Positions 8,849 to 18,300 of a stretch of DNA of 25,693 bases are shown here, piece after piece. The stretch's first letter is position 1; every line of letters starts with the position of its first letter. Source of the DNA: Nitrospinota bacterium (GTDB taxonomy: Bacteria > UBA8248); the NCBI GenBank assembly GCA_046581755.1, contig JAYGFR010000183.1:1-25693 (forward strand). The letters run 5' to 3'. The translations under genes and the position numbers were made by a program. Below the pieces are notes generated by a model. The model was not told where the DNA came from. It worked only from the letters and a program-made list of their open reading frames with translations, and made no database searches.

Positions 8849-10075
8849 ATGGCGGTTCCCCCGGATACCGATAATCGGATACTAATCGCCGGGGCCGGCC
8901 CGGTCGGGATGGTGGCCGCCCTGGCCCTGGCCCGCCGCTCGGTCCCGATCACCGTGTTCGAGGCGGCCCCGGAGATTCAAACGGACCCTCGCGCAGCGAC
9001 GACCCATCCGGCCACGCTGGAAATGCTGGATGGGGTCGGACTTGCGGAAAAGGTGGAGGAGATAGGCCTGGTCGCGGTGGAATTTCAGTTCCGGGACCGG
9101 CCGACGGGCGAGTTGCTGGCCACCTTCGACCATTCGCTATTGGCCGGCGAAACGCGGTTTCCCTATGTCGTTCAGTGCGAGCAATTCAAGATCGCCGGGG
9201 CGATTCTGGAAATCCTGGAAGGCCTGCCCGGCTGCGAGGTGCTCTTTTCCCACCGCGTCGCCGAAGTCGAGCAGTCCGGCGAAAAGGTGATCCTCACCGT
9301 CGAGACGCCCGAGGGGATGAAGCGGTTTTCGGGCGCCTACCTGATCGGCGCGGACGGGGGGCGCAGCACGATTCGAAAATGCCTGAAAATTCCGTTCGAG
9401 GGGTTCACCTTTGCCGAGCGCTTTTTGGTTTTGACCACGCCGTTCGATTTTGCCGCCCATCGCGGCTATGTCTACCGGACCTATTTTTCCGACCCCGAGG
9501 AATGGTGCAACCTGTTCAAGGTCGCGGCGGACGGCCCGCCGGGCCTGTGGCGGGCGGTGTTCCCGGCCCGGCAGGGGGAAGATGACGCTGACGTGATCAG
9601 CGATGAGAGCGTTCAGATGCGGCTTCGAAAATTTTTCCCGAAAAGCGGCGAATACGATGTGGTCCACCGCAACCTGTATAAAATCCATCAGCGGGTGGCG
9701 GCCCGCTTCCGGGAAGGCCGGGCCTTTATCGCTGGCGATGCGGCCCACGTAAACAATCCGATTGGCGGATTGGGGATGAACAGCGGCATTCACGACGCGA
9801 TCAACTTGGCGGAAAAGATCGAGGCGGTCTGGTCCGGCAATGCAGACGATGCGGAACTGGACCTCTACGATAAGCAGCGCCGGACCGCGGCTGTTCAATA
9901 TATCCAGAAGGCGACCATGCTGAATAAAAAGCGGCTCGAGGAGAGCGATTCGGCCGTCAGGCGAAAAAACCACGATGAGCTTCAGCAAATTGCCGCCGAC
10001 CCCAACCGGGCCCGGAGGTTCATGATGGATACCTCGATGATCTCCAGCGTGCGCCATGTCTCATCCCTGAGATGA
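8849..10075 (+). CDS. Group A FAD-dependent monooxygenase (PheA/TfdB/MhpA-like aromatic hydroxylase family)
   Basis: Fingerprints GAGPVG, IGADGGRS and AGDAAH..GGLGMNSGIHDA. RBS GGAGGAG. Confidence 0.92.
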   Translation: MAVPPDTDNRILIAGAGPVGMVAALALARRSVPITVFEAAPEIQTDPRAATTHPATLEMLDGVGLAEKVEEIGLVAVEFQFRDRPTGELLATFDHSLLAGETRFPYVVQCEQFKIAGAILEILEGLPGCEVLFSHRVAEVEQSGEKVILTVETPEGMKRFSGAYLIGADGGRSTIRKCLKIPFEGFTFAERFLVLTTPFDFAAHRGYVYRTYFSDPEEWCNLFKVAADGPPGLWRAVFPARQGEDDADVISDESVQMRLRKFFPKSGEYDVVHRNLYKIHQRVAARFREGRAFIAGDAAHVNNPIGGLGMNSGIHDAINLAEKIEAVWSGNADDAELDLYDKQRRTAAVQYIQKATMLNKKRLEESDSAVRRKNHDELQQIAADPNRARRFMMDTSMISSVRHVSSLR

Positions 10076-10236
10076 GGCATTGGGGCTGTGCCGGTGCCGA
10101 CTCCCTGGAATTACTGGTCCCGAACTTTCAGGCCGCGCCGACTACGCCGCCCGGAGAATCCCAACGAAATTTTGTGGTGGGGATAATCCCGCCGGGCCGG
10201 ACTCCGCTCCCGCGCGCTGGATATTTGCCCTGAAAT

Positions 10237-12144
10237 CTACCTGAATCCCCGAGGGGAGTCCGGACCCGCCTCCAGGCTCCCTCCGGTGGGTTTTCGCATG
10301 ACCACCACCGCCCATGCCGTCCCGCCCACCCCAAGTCCCGCCAGGTCGGTCCAGGTTCCTTCCTTCAGCAAGAGAATCGCGCCGACGGCGAAGATCAGTC
10401 GGGAGAGAAGCGGAATTTCGTAGATTAGATAGCCTTGAATGGTCGCGCAGAAAAAAATAACGCCGAAAACGGCCGTGACCGAGGCCTGAATGATTTCCGG
10501 CCATGATCCAACGGCCAGGAGGGCGGGGCTATAGGCGAACACGAACGGAATGATAAAGCCGATGAGCCCGAACCGAAACGCCGCCGCACCCGTTTCGACC
10601 GGCGAGCTTTTCGAGATGCCCGCGGCCGCGTACGAAGCCAGCGCAACGGGTGGGGTAATCGCGCCGACGCAGCCGAAATAAAAAACAAAAAAATGGGCGC
10701 TGACCGGAAGCATTCCGAATTTGATGAGCGAGGGAACCGCCAGGGCGGCCATGATCACGTAGACCGCCGTCGGCGGTACCCCGCAGCCGAGGACCAGCGC
10801 GGCCAGCATGGTGAATACGAGGGCAACGATCAGATAGCCCCCGGCAAACTGGATAAGTACAATCGAGAGGGTGTTTCCCAATCCCGTGAGAGAGACCACC
10901 CCCACGATGATTCCGGCCGAGGCGCACGCCGCGGCGATCGGCATGACGCTTCTCGCCCCATCCTCGAGGGCCACGAGGAAATGCCGGAGGCCCGGGCGCT
11001 GGGGGTTGCGCACGAAGGAAAACACAACGACCAGCATGATGGCCCAGAAAGCGGTCTTCATCGGGCTGTAGCCCAAAACGATGAATACGATGATGGCCAG
11101 GAGAGGGACCAGGTGGTGGGCTCCCCCGAGGAGGGTCTTCAAGGCCGGGGGGAGTTCGGATACGGGAATTCTTTTCATGCCCGTTTTCGCGGCCTCGGCA
11201 TCCACCAGAAGGAGCAGGCTCAGGTAGAAAAGGAACGCGGGAACCGCGGCCGAAAGCGCAACGGACCCGTAGTTGGTCTGGAGGTATTCGGCCATGATGA
11301 ACGCGCCCGCCCCCATGACAGGGGGAGTGAACATGCCGCCCGTCGATGCGCAGGCTTCGATGGCGCCCGCGACCCTCGCACGGTAGCCCGTCTTGATCAT
11401 GAGGGGGATGGTGAAAGAGCCGGTGGTCACCACGTTGGCCACGGGCGAGCCCGAGATGGTGCCCATTAACGCGCTCGCCACCACGGCCGTCTTGGCCGGT
11501 CCTCCCCGGAAGCGGCCCGCGAGGCTGTAGGAGAGATCGACGAAGAAGGTTCCGGCGCCGAAACTGTTGAGGAACGCGCCGAACAACACGAAGACGGCGA
11601 TGAAGGTGGCCGAAATCCCCATCGGGATGCCGTAGATCCCCTCGGTCACGATGTAGAGATGCTCCACGATGCGCTCGATGGTGTAGCCCTTGTGGGCGAA
11701 AACGCCGGGCATGTAGGGGCCGAAATAGGCGTAGAGGAGAAATAGAGACGCCGTCGCGGGCAAAAAGACGCTGACCGCCCGGCGGGCCGATTCGAGAGAG
11801 ACGGCGATCATCGCTATGCCCAGTACCAGATCGATCGTCTCGATTTCTTCCACCGAGACCGCTTTTTCCTCCCAGGTCCAAAGAATGTAGAAGCCCGATA
11901 CGAACGAGACCGCCGCCCAAAGCACGTCGATAACCGTGGGTCGCTCGCCCCGGGCCCGCGCGCCTTTGGCCCCGTACATGAAGAAAAGAGGAACCGACAT
12001 GAACATCCAATGGATCGAACGCTGGGTCGTACCGGCGTAAACGCCGTAGCCGGCGGCATAAAAGTGAAAGATGGAGGCCGCGATGAGAATCGCGGACAGG
12101 CACCACCAGAGGACGGAGCGGGGAGCCGAGGGATCTTGATTCAT
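10237..12144 (-). CDS. TRAP transporter fused (4TM/12TM) permease, TAXI type
   Basis: 635-aa hydrophobic ORF with GGPAKTAVVAS, GSPVANVVTTG, STGGMFTPPVMGAGAF and ITPPVALA. Confidence 0.95.
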   Translation of the reverse strand: MNQDPSAPRSVLWWCLSAILIAASIFHFYAAGYGVYAGTTQRSIHWMFMSVPLFFMYGAKGARARGERPTVIDVLWAAVSFVSGFYILWTWEEKAVSVEEIETIDLVLGIAMIAVSLESARRAVSVFLPATASLFLLYAYFGPYMPGVFAHKGYTIERIVEHLYIVTEGIYGIPMGISATFIAVFVLFGAFLNSFGAGTFFVDLSYSLAGRFRGGPAKTAVVASALMGTISGSPVANVVTTGSFTIPLMIKTGYRARVAGAIEACASTGGMFTPPVMGAGAFIMAEYLQTNYGSVALSAAVPAFLFYLSLLLLVDAEAAKTGMKRIPVSELPPALKTLLGGAHHLVPLLAIIVFIVLGYSPMKTAFWAIMLVVVFSFVRNPQRPGLRHFLVALEDGARSVMPIAAACASAGIIVGVVSLTGLGNTLSIVLIQFAGGYLIVALVFTMLAALVLGCGVPPTAVYVIMAALAVPSLIKFGMLPVSAHFFVFYFGCVGAITPPVALASYAAAGISKSSPVETGAAAFRFGLIGFIIPFVFAYSPALLAVGSWPEIIQASVTAVFGVIFFCATIQGYLIYEIPLLSRLIFAVGAILLLKEGTWTDLAGLGVGGTAWAVVVMRKPTGGSLEAGPDSPRGFR

Positions 12145-12171
12145 TGGCGATTCCGGTGGTCATACGAGGAA

Positions 12172-12203
12172 CGCCCTCCCGGTCCCGGCGGGCCGGGAGG
12201 GCG
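12172..12203. terminator. Intercistronic GC-rich stem-loop between the TAXI receptor and permease genes (mRNA stabiliser or partial terminator)
   Basis: CGCCCTCCCGGTCC-CGGC-GGGCCGGGAGGGCG, a 14-bp stem with one non-Watson-Crick pair. Confidence 0.55.
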
Positions 12204-12212
12204 AGGACTCGT

Positions 12213-13175
12213 TTACTTCAGGAGTCCCACCTCTTTGTAGTAGCGGATGGCTCCGGGGTGATAAGGAACCGGAACCGATGATTTGGCCCATATTTTGCGG
12301 TTCATCTTCTTGAGGCTGGGATGGATTTTTTTCACCGTATCCAGGTTTTGGTCGATCGTCTTGATGATCTGATAGACGAGTTTATTGTCCAGATCCGCGT
12401 TGACGATTAGGCCGTTACGCGCGCCGATCGTGATCGTGTCCTGGGCCAGCCCATAGGCTTTGGCCGGGACGGTGACGCGAAAATACCCCTTGAACCGCTT
12501 CGCGATCTGGACAACTTTTTCCGGCTTGATGCCCACCAAGCGCCATTTTTTCCTGCCGGCCTGAAGCTCTTTCAGGGCGGGCACGGGAATGGCGGCGTAG
12601 GTGAGCGCGGCATCGAGATTGCCATCGATGAGGGCGTTCTTGCCCTGTGCGTAGTTCAGGTAGCTTACCTTGAAATCCTTGTAGGTAATTCCGTGGACCA
12701 ACAAGGAAAACTTGAGCGCCGGGTTGCCGCCCCCGCGTGCCGGGCCGGCGGATACGCGCTTGCCCTTCAGATCTCCCAGGGTTTTGATCCCAGAGCCCTC
12801 AAGGGTGGCGATCTGAAGCACGCCGACCTGGATGCCGGAAAGCAGCATGCGGTTTTTGGTGAACTTTTTTTTCTTGAAGGGGCCTTTCCCGATACGGGCC
12901 AGGAGGGTCAGCCGCTCGACGGTGAGGCCGATGTCGCTCTGGCCCGAATGCACGAGCTTGTTGTTCGCCACGCCGCCGCCCGTGGATTCGGCTTTAATGG
13001 AGATCCCCGGAATTTTCTCGGTGAGAAGCTTCGCGAGGCCGGCGCCGATTCCGGCCCATGAGCCGCCGAGCCTTGCCGTGGCGAAGGAAAGAAGTTTCTG
13101 GGCGGCCGCGGCCCTTTGGGGGGCAACGACAAGAAGAGACAAGAAGATGAACCAAACGAGGGTCGCTTTTCTCAT
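12213..13175 (-). CDS. TAXI-family TRAP solute-binding protein
   Basis: RBS AGGAG before ATG 13175. Sec signal peptide, ESTGGGVAN, DLKGKRVS and the C-terminal motif PYHPGAIRYYKEVG. Confidence 0.93.
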   Translation of the reverse strand: MRKATLVWFIFLSLLVVAPQRAAAAQKLLSFATARLGGSWAGIGAGLAKLLTEKIPGISIKAESTGGGVANNKLVHSGQSDIGLTVERLTLLARIGKGPFKKKKFTKNRMLLSGIQVGVLQIATLEGSGIKTLGDLKGKRVSAGPARGGGNPALKFSLLVHGITYKDFKVSYLNYAQGKNALIDGNLDAALTYAAIPVPALKELQAGRKKWRLVGIKPEKVVQIAKRFKGYFRVTVPAKAYGLAQDTITIGARNGLIVNADLDNKLVYQIIKTIDQNLDTVKKIHPSLKKMNRKIWAKSSVPVPYHPGAIRYYKEVGLLK

Positions 13176-13571
13176 GGGAATCACTCCTGTCAAAGAGGAA
13201 CTTCTAAATTGCAATACCCATTAAGCGGGTATGGAAAGGTTTTGTCGGGTGAATGGGCGAAAACTTTGGCCTGTTTTTTCTCCTCCCAGGCGGACGCGTA
13301 TGGATCCGTTGCCTTCGGGTTCCCCCGGAATTTCTTTTCGGATGTGATGATGACCAAAGAGAACTCTACCAAAGTGAAGATTGCCGGTAAAGACATATTC
13401 CTGAGGGACGGCCCTGGATCCATTCCCTTATTTAGCCCGCCAGCTGGTGCCGAGGAATTCCAATTAAACAGCAGGGCGGCAATCGGGCGCCTTCCGGCCG
13501 GGAGATAAGAGGGGTCTTCCGGGAGTGGACGCCCCGTGGGGATGGGCCCGTAACGAATTTTGGATGAGGGC

Positions 13572-14936
13572 TCAAAGGCCGGGGATGAAATCCTCCACCC
13601 GAATCCGATTGAGCACCTCGCCAGGCACCCGGAGCACGGAGGGAAATCCCGAGAGTGGCTTTGTGGCGTCGAGGCCCATCTTGGCGTTGACGCCCATCGG
13701 GCCCGCGCTCGGGTCGAGTTCGCTGCCCTGGGCGTTGGGAACGACGAGAAGGTCGCGGTCCGCCTGAAAGCGGTTCGCCACCGCCCACAGGACGGCCTCT
13801 TCGTCGAAAACGTCGATGTCCTCGTCCACGATGATGATGTGCTTGAGAAGCATGTCGGAGGCGATAGCCGCGCAGATGGCGTTCATGCCCTGGGCCGGGG
13901 TTCGCTTGGCGATGGAAATATAGGCGTGGAAACGGCAGTTGCCCGAGATGGGCATGCAAACGGCCTTCACCGTCGGGACCGTTTGGCGAACGGCGCGGAG
14001 GAGGGACGCCTCCCGGGGGATCGCTCCCATGAGCCGGTGCTCGGTGTATCCCGCGTGAATGTCCTGGAACAGATACCCCTCGCGGTGGGTGATGGCGGTT
14101 GCCTCGAATACCGGCCGCTCGTCCTTCTCGACGGCATACCCGGTGAACTCTCCAAAGGGCCCTTCCTCGCGGCGGAGGTGGGGCAATAGTTTTCCCTCGA
14201 TAATGAGCTCGGCATCGGCCGGCACCTTGAGAGGGATCGTTTTCGCGTCCACGACGCGAAGTGGCTCGTTCATCATCCCGCCGATGACGGCGTATTCGTC
14301 CTCGTCCGTGGGCGTGAAGGCCTGGGAGCCCAGGGCGAAGGCCGGATGAACCCCGATTACCACCGCCAGGGGAAGGGGCTCGTCCCGGCGCTCGAGCTTG
14401 TTGTGGAGGGTCCACAGGTGCCGCCCGATGGCCATGAAGACGCGGAGCTCGCGCTTTCCGGCCAGCATCATGCGGATGTAGCTCGTGTTCTGGAGCCCCG
14501 TATCGGGGTCCAGAGCGACGACGATGCTCGCCGTGAGATAGGGGGCGGCGTTGACGTCGTAATGGGTCAAAAGGGGAATTTTGGTCAGGTCCACCTCGTC
14601 TCCGATCAGGACCACCTCGTGGATCGGCGCTTCGGCCGCCTCGACCGGGGGCAGGGGGTTCATCTGCCGCTCCAGGAACCGCTCCGCCAGGTTTTCGGGC
14701 GCCGTATCGAGCGCCAGCCCCAGAAGCCGCCGCGAGGCGTGGATGTTGAGTACGACGGGGGTGTCCCCGCCATCGACGATTTCGAAGACTAGCGCGGGCA
14801 GGTGCTTGCGTTTTTCCAGATGGGTCAGAAGAGCGGATATCTCATACTTGGTCGAAATGGGATTTTGAACGCGTACGATTTCCTCGGGGGCCGAGTCCTC
14901 AAGAAGCGCGATGAAACCTCGAAGATCTTTTGCCAT
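13572..14936 (-). CDS. UbiD-family prFMN-dependent decarboxylase
   Basis: 454 aa with RBS AGGAGG. Motifs SYIR, EEGPFGEFTGY, IIVDEDID and KMGLDAT. Confidence 0.93.
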   Translation of the reverse strand: MAKDLRGFIALLEDSAPEEIVRVQNPISTKYEISALLTHLEKRKHLPALVFEIVDGGDTPVVLNIHASRRLLGLALDTAPENLAERFLERQMNPLPPVEAAEAPIHEVVLIGDEVDLTKIPLLTHYDVNAAPYLTASIVVALDPDTGLQNTSYIRMMLAGKRELRVFMAIGRHLWTLHNKLERRDEPLPLAVVIGVHPAFALGSQAFTPTDEDEYAVIGGMMNEPLRVVDAKTIPLKVPADAELIIEGKLLPHLRREEGPFGEFTGYAVEKDERPVFEATAITHREGYLFQDIHAGYTEHRLMGAIPREASLLRAVRQTVPTVKAVCMPISGNCRFHAYISIAKRTPAQGMNAICAAIASDMLLKHIIIVDEDIDVFDEEAVLWAVANRFQADRDLLVVPNAQGSELDPSAGPMGVNAKMGLDATKPLSGFPSVLRVPGEVLNRIRVEDFIPGL

Positions 14937-14984
14937 ACCACCCCCCTCCTAGCGGCCCAGGGCATCTCTCGCGGGCCATTCGGG

Positions 14985-15719
14985 TCAGCACGTTTCCTGT
15001 AAAATATTATTGGGCAGCGAAAATTCATCGATGGTACCGAGGTACTCTTTTGTTTCCTGAAGAGAGATGATATCGGCGTACTTTGCGTCCATTTCGAAGA
15101 GCGTCACTGCATGGGACACCTCCCACCGGTCGCCGCAACAATCCTCGATCACGCCGACGGAAAAATTGTAGGAAAACGCGTCTGTGACCGTGGCGCGAAC
15201 GCAGCCGCTCGTCACAAGGCCGGTTACGAGGACGGTATCCACGTCGAGATCGTTGAGGATGCTGACAAGCGGGGTGCCGAAAAACATGCTGGGCTTCAGC
15301 TTGAGGAGCTGAATGTCCTTCGGCTGGGGGGCGACTTCCTTGCAGATTTCGGTTCCCAGGCCGCCCGAGGTGGTTTTTTCCATTGCCCGGTGGTTTTTCG
15401 CTTTCCAGCGGCCGCTGTCCTGGCCGTCGGCCCGGCGCTGGGCGTTGGAATAAATGATGGGGAGATTCTTCGAGCGGGCAGCCTCGAGAAGTTCCGCCGT
15501 TTTATAGACGGCGGCCCAGCCCTCTTCCCCGCAGGAGTTTCGCCACTCTCCGATGCTTTCCGTGATCGGTTTTGGAACATCCCCGGTGAAGTTGTAGAAC
15601 AAGTCCACCACCAGGACGGCGGGCCGCCTGCCGAGTCCTCCGCGTTTTCCATAACCCGACCCCTCGAAAATTTCGCGGTCCCGCGTTGAAATGTATTTGT
15701 CCCAAATCCGCTCTGCCAT
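14985..15719 (-). CDS. Isochorismatase-family cysteine hydrolase, maleamate amidohydrolase (NicF)/N-carbamoylsarcosine amidase-like
   Basis: Asp-Lys-Cys triad in RPAVLVVD, KLKPSMF and TSGCVRAT. RBS AAGGAG. Confidence 0.88.
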   Translation of the reverse strand: MAERIWDKYISTRDREIFEGSGYGKRGGLGRRPAVLVVDLFYNFTGDVPKPITESIGEWRNSCGEEGWAAVYKTAELLEAARSKNLPIIYSNAQRRADGQDSGRWKAKNHRAMEKTTSGGLGTEICKEVAPQPKDIQLLKLKPSMFFGTPLVSILNDLDVDTVLVTGLVTSGCVRATVTDAFSYNFSVGVIEDCCGDRWEVSHAVTLFEMDAKYADIISLQETKEYLGTIDEFSLPNNILQETC

Positions 15720-15895
15720 CTTGATTCTCCTTATGGCGAAGGAGGTGCCGGCGGGAACCCGCAGGAGCGGTCGGAAGCCTTTCCCGCTTTTTCGGCAATG
15801 AAAAAAATCTCAGGTTGAATCCCATTCTAGCAAATCAAAAAAAGGGTGGACAGATCGGACCTGGCGGTCCGGTCATGGTCCGAGTGTCCGGCCCG

Positions 15896-17590
15896 TTATG
15901 CATCCGGTTTGCCTCTTGCGCCGGGAATCGTTGCGGCGGCGGGTTCGAACCAGCTCTCCATCGAATCGCCGGCATTCCGGACGAACACGCTCCCGAGCCA
16001 GTTTTCGTCGTCTTGTTCGGGAAAATCTTCTCGGAAGTGGGAGCCTCGCGATTCCTCCCGCATCAGAGCCGAACGCACGGCCGCCTCCGCCGTATCCAGC
16101 ATGTTCCACATTTCGTGATAGCGGGTGAGAGAATCCGGCCGTTTCAGGTTCCCGCCGGCCAGGATTTCCCGGATGCGCATGACCTCTTCCAGGGCCGAGC
16201 GGAGGGTGTCTCCGGTCCGGATGATGCCGTTTTTGGTCCAGAGAATATTTTTCAATTCGCGCCTCAGGTCGGCGAGGTCGAATCCATCCTCGCGGAAATC
16301 CCCCGTGGGGGATGAATCGGCGAAACTCTCGTCCGCCGGGGCGGGCCTATCCCTGCCCTTGGCGAATTCGGCCGCCCGGGCGCCCGAAATCGCCCCGAAA
16401 ACGATACATTCGCAGTAGGCGTTTCCGCTGAGGCGGTTGGCTCCGTGGGTGCCGCCGCAGGCCTCTCCGGCGGCGTAGAGCCCCGCGATCCCGCTCTCGA
16501 GGTTTTCGTTCACGACAATTCCGCCCATGTAGTGATGGACCACTGGGGTGACGATGACGGGGTCCCGGCCGAATTCCATTCCGAGTTTCCGCATAGCTTC
16601 GCAAAGGTGGAGGTATTTGGTCTCCAACACCTCTCGCTCGACTCCGGAGGCATCGAGATAAACGCCGCCATCTACCCCCCGGCCTTCCTGCATTTCGCGG
16701 AACAGGGCGAGGCTGGTCTGATCGCGCGTCGCCATGTCCCTGGCCTGGGGATAGTAGCGGGACATGAACGCCTCCTGGGCGGCATTCCGGAATCTGGCCC
16801 CGTCGCCCATCATGACGCTCGATATGGTGCAGCGGAACGGGCTGATGCCCCAGTTGGGATAAAACTGGGGAAATTCCATGTCCCGGAGAGAGGCCCCCGC
16901 CCCCAGGGCGAGGGCGTAGCTGTCTCCCGTGATGTCGGCCGTGTTGTTCGTGGAGGCGAATATCTGGCCGGCGCCCCCCGCCGCCAAAATGACCGCCTTG
17001 GCATCGATGGTGAGGTAGCGCTCCTCCTCTTCCCGCATGGCCAGAGCCCCGTATATGACTCCCTCGCGGGCGAGAATTTTTAGTACGGGAGTCCGGTCCA
17101 GAAAGGTGACGCCCAGTTTTTGGCCATGCTTCAAAAGGGGTTCGGTAATGGATAGCCCGCGCGCGTTTTTGGGCAGGTGGCCGCTCTCGGTCCGGACGCT
17201 TCGCCGCTTGGTGTGGCCCGGCGGCTGCCCGCGAAGCAGGTTTCCCTCTTGGTCGCGCCCGAAAACCACACCGTAACGGGTCAGGGCGAAGACCTCTTTT
17301 TCGGAGTTTTCGGCGAGCAAGCGGGTGAGCCTCGGGTCGCACAGGCCTTTTCCGCTTCGAAGCGTATCCTCGTAATGGCATTCGAGCGAATCCTCGGGGT
17401 CAACGTTGGGCGATCCCACCGAGATTCCCCCCTCGGAGACGATGGTGTTTCCGCTTTTACCGGATTTTCGTTTGCAGGCTACCGTGACGCGGGCACCGCC
17501 CTCCGAGGCGGCGATCGCGGCCCGAAGACCCGCCAGGCCTCCCCCGACGATCAATACATCGGTTTCGTGACGGCCGGTGGCGGAACTCAT
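15896..17590 (-). CDS. Succinate dehydrogenase/fumarate reductase/L-aspartate oxidase-family flavoprotein (stand-alone)
   Basis: Motifs GGGLAG, AAGGAG, TGDSY, ATRD, HYMGG, HGANRLSGN and REESRGSHFREDFP. Confidence 0.9.
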   Translation of the reverse strand: MSSATGRHETDVLIVGGGLAGLRAAIAASEGGARVTVACKRKSGKSGNTIVSEGGISVGSPNVDPEDSLECHYEDTLRSGKGLCDPRLTRLLAENSEKEVFALTRYGVVFGRDQEGNLLRGQPPGHTKRRSVRTESGHLPKNARGLSITEPLLKHGQKLGVTFLDRTPVLKILAREGVIYGALAMREEEERYLTIDAKAVILAAGGAGQIFASTNNTADITGDSYALALGAGASLRDMEFPQFYPNWGISPFRCTISSVMMGDGARFRNAAQEAFMSRYYPQARDMATRDQTSLALFREMQEGRGVDGGVYLDASGVEREVLETKYLHLCEAMRKLGMEFGRDPVIVTPVVHHYMGGIVVNENLESGIAGLYAAGEACGGTHGANRLSGNAYCECIVFGAISGARAAEFAKGRDRPAPADESFADSSPTGDFREDGFDLADLRRELKNILWTKNGIIRTGDTLRSALEEVMRIREILAGGNLKRPDSLTRYHEMWNMLDTAEAAVRSALMREESRGSHFREDFPEQDDENWLGSVFVRNAGDSMESWFEPAAATIPGARGKPDA

Positions 17591-17811
17591 CGTATCATCT
17601 CCTCCCCGGGACTGGCGGGTAAGAAGCGCCCGGCCCCGGGTGCAGCATTGCCGGAAGAATCATGAATCCGGATCATCCAGAGGGGCATCGATTTTCCACC
17701 ATTTCGTGTGCAATGAAGGGTCGATCATAGCACCGGCGTTCTTTGCCGGGCCAGCCGCACGTCCTGTCCAAAAATTCATCCGAATTTAATTTTTTGTATT
17801 TAGGAGATAAT

Positions 17812-17847
17812 AATTTAGCATTTCCCTGTTAAACAGGGAATTTAGCA
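17812..17847. repeat. 19-bp palindrome flanked by 9-bp direct repeats (operator or recombinase-binding site)
   Basis: TTCCCTGTT-A-AACAGGGAA at 17822-17840. AATTTAGCA at 17812 and 17839. Confidence 0.5.
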
Positions 17848-18152
17848 GAGAAGGGTTCGCAGGAGACTCGCCCCACAACCAAATATTTCAAAAGGTTACG
17901 GTGATACCGTAGCCCTTTGATTTTGTCTGTGTCAGCACTATGTCAGCACGAGGAATCGCGTCCCGTCCAAGAATTCATCTGAATTCTAAGTCTCTTAGGA
18001 TTACCGTGATTTGCTACCAATTTGTTACCCGCCGACCCAGATGACCCCAAAAAAGACAACTGAGCTGGAAGAGGGGGGAACTGGGAGAAAGGAAGAACGG
18101 CCCCAGAAAAAGACTTCCTGGGACGATTGGAGGCGTATTTTGGAGACCTCAT

Positions 18153-18274
18153 TTAAATTTAAAGATCCCTTCATTCGAAAGGTAACGAAGGCGGACAATT
18201 CACGGACGGCCCCTCAGAAATTCCTGATACGAGCGGCAATTCAGAGGACCGTTGCCTTACAAGGCATAGGTCGC
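18153..18274 (+). repeat. ~122-bp inverted repeat, copy A (partner 21773-21895)
   Basis: The first 55 bp are identical to the reverse complement of 21841-21895; ~89% identity overall by manual alignment. Confidence 0.9.
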
Positions 18275-18300
18275 AGGTTCGATCCCTGTCCCGCCAACCA
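18253..18300 (+). other. 3' half of tRNA-Val(TAC) (att core or pseudo-tRNA), not a functional tRNA
   Basis: TGCC-TTACAA-GGCAT-AGGTC-GCAGG-TTCGATC-CCTGT-CCCGCCA-ACCA. The anticodon loop is one base short, and there is no intact D-arm or pairing 5' acceptor strand. Confidence 0.75.

Noticed and set aside
18231..18300. Functional tRNA-Val gene
   Set aside because: The acceptor stem does not pair, the D-arm is defective and the anticodon loop is a base short; kept only as a fragment or att core.
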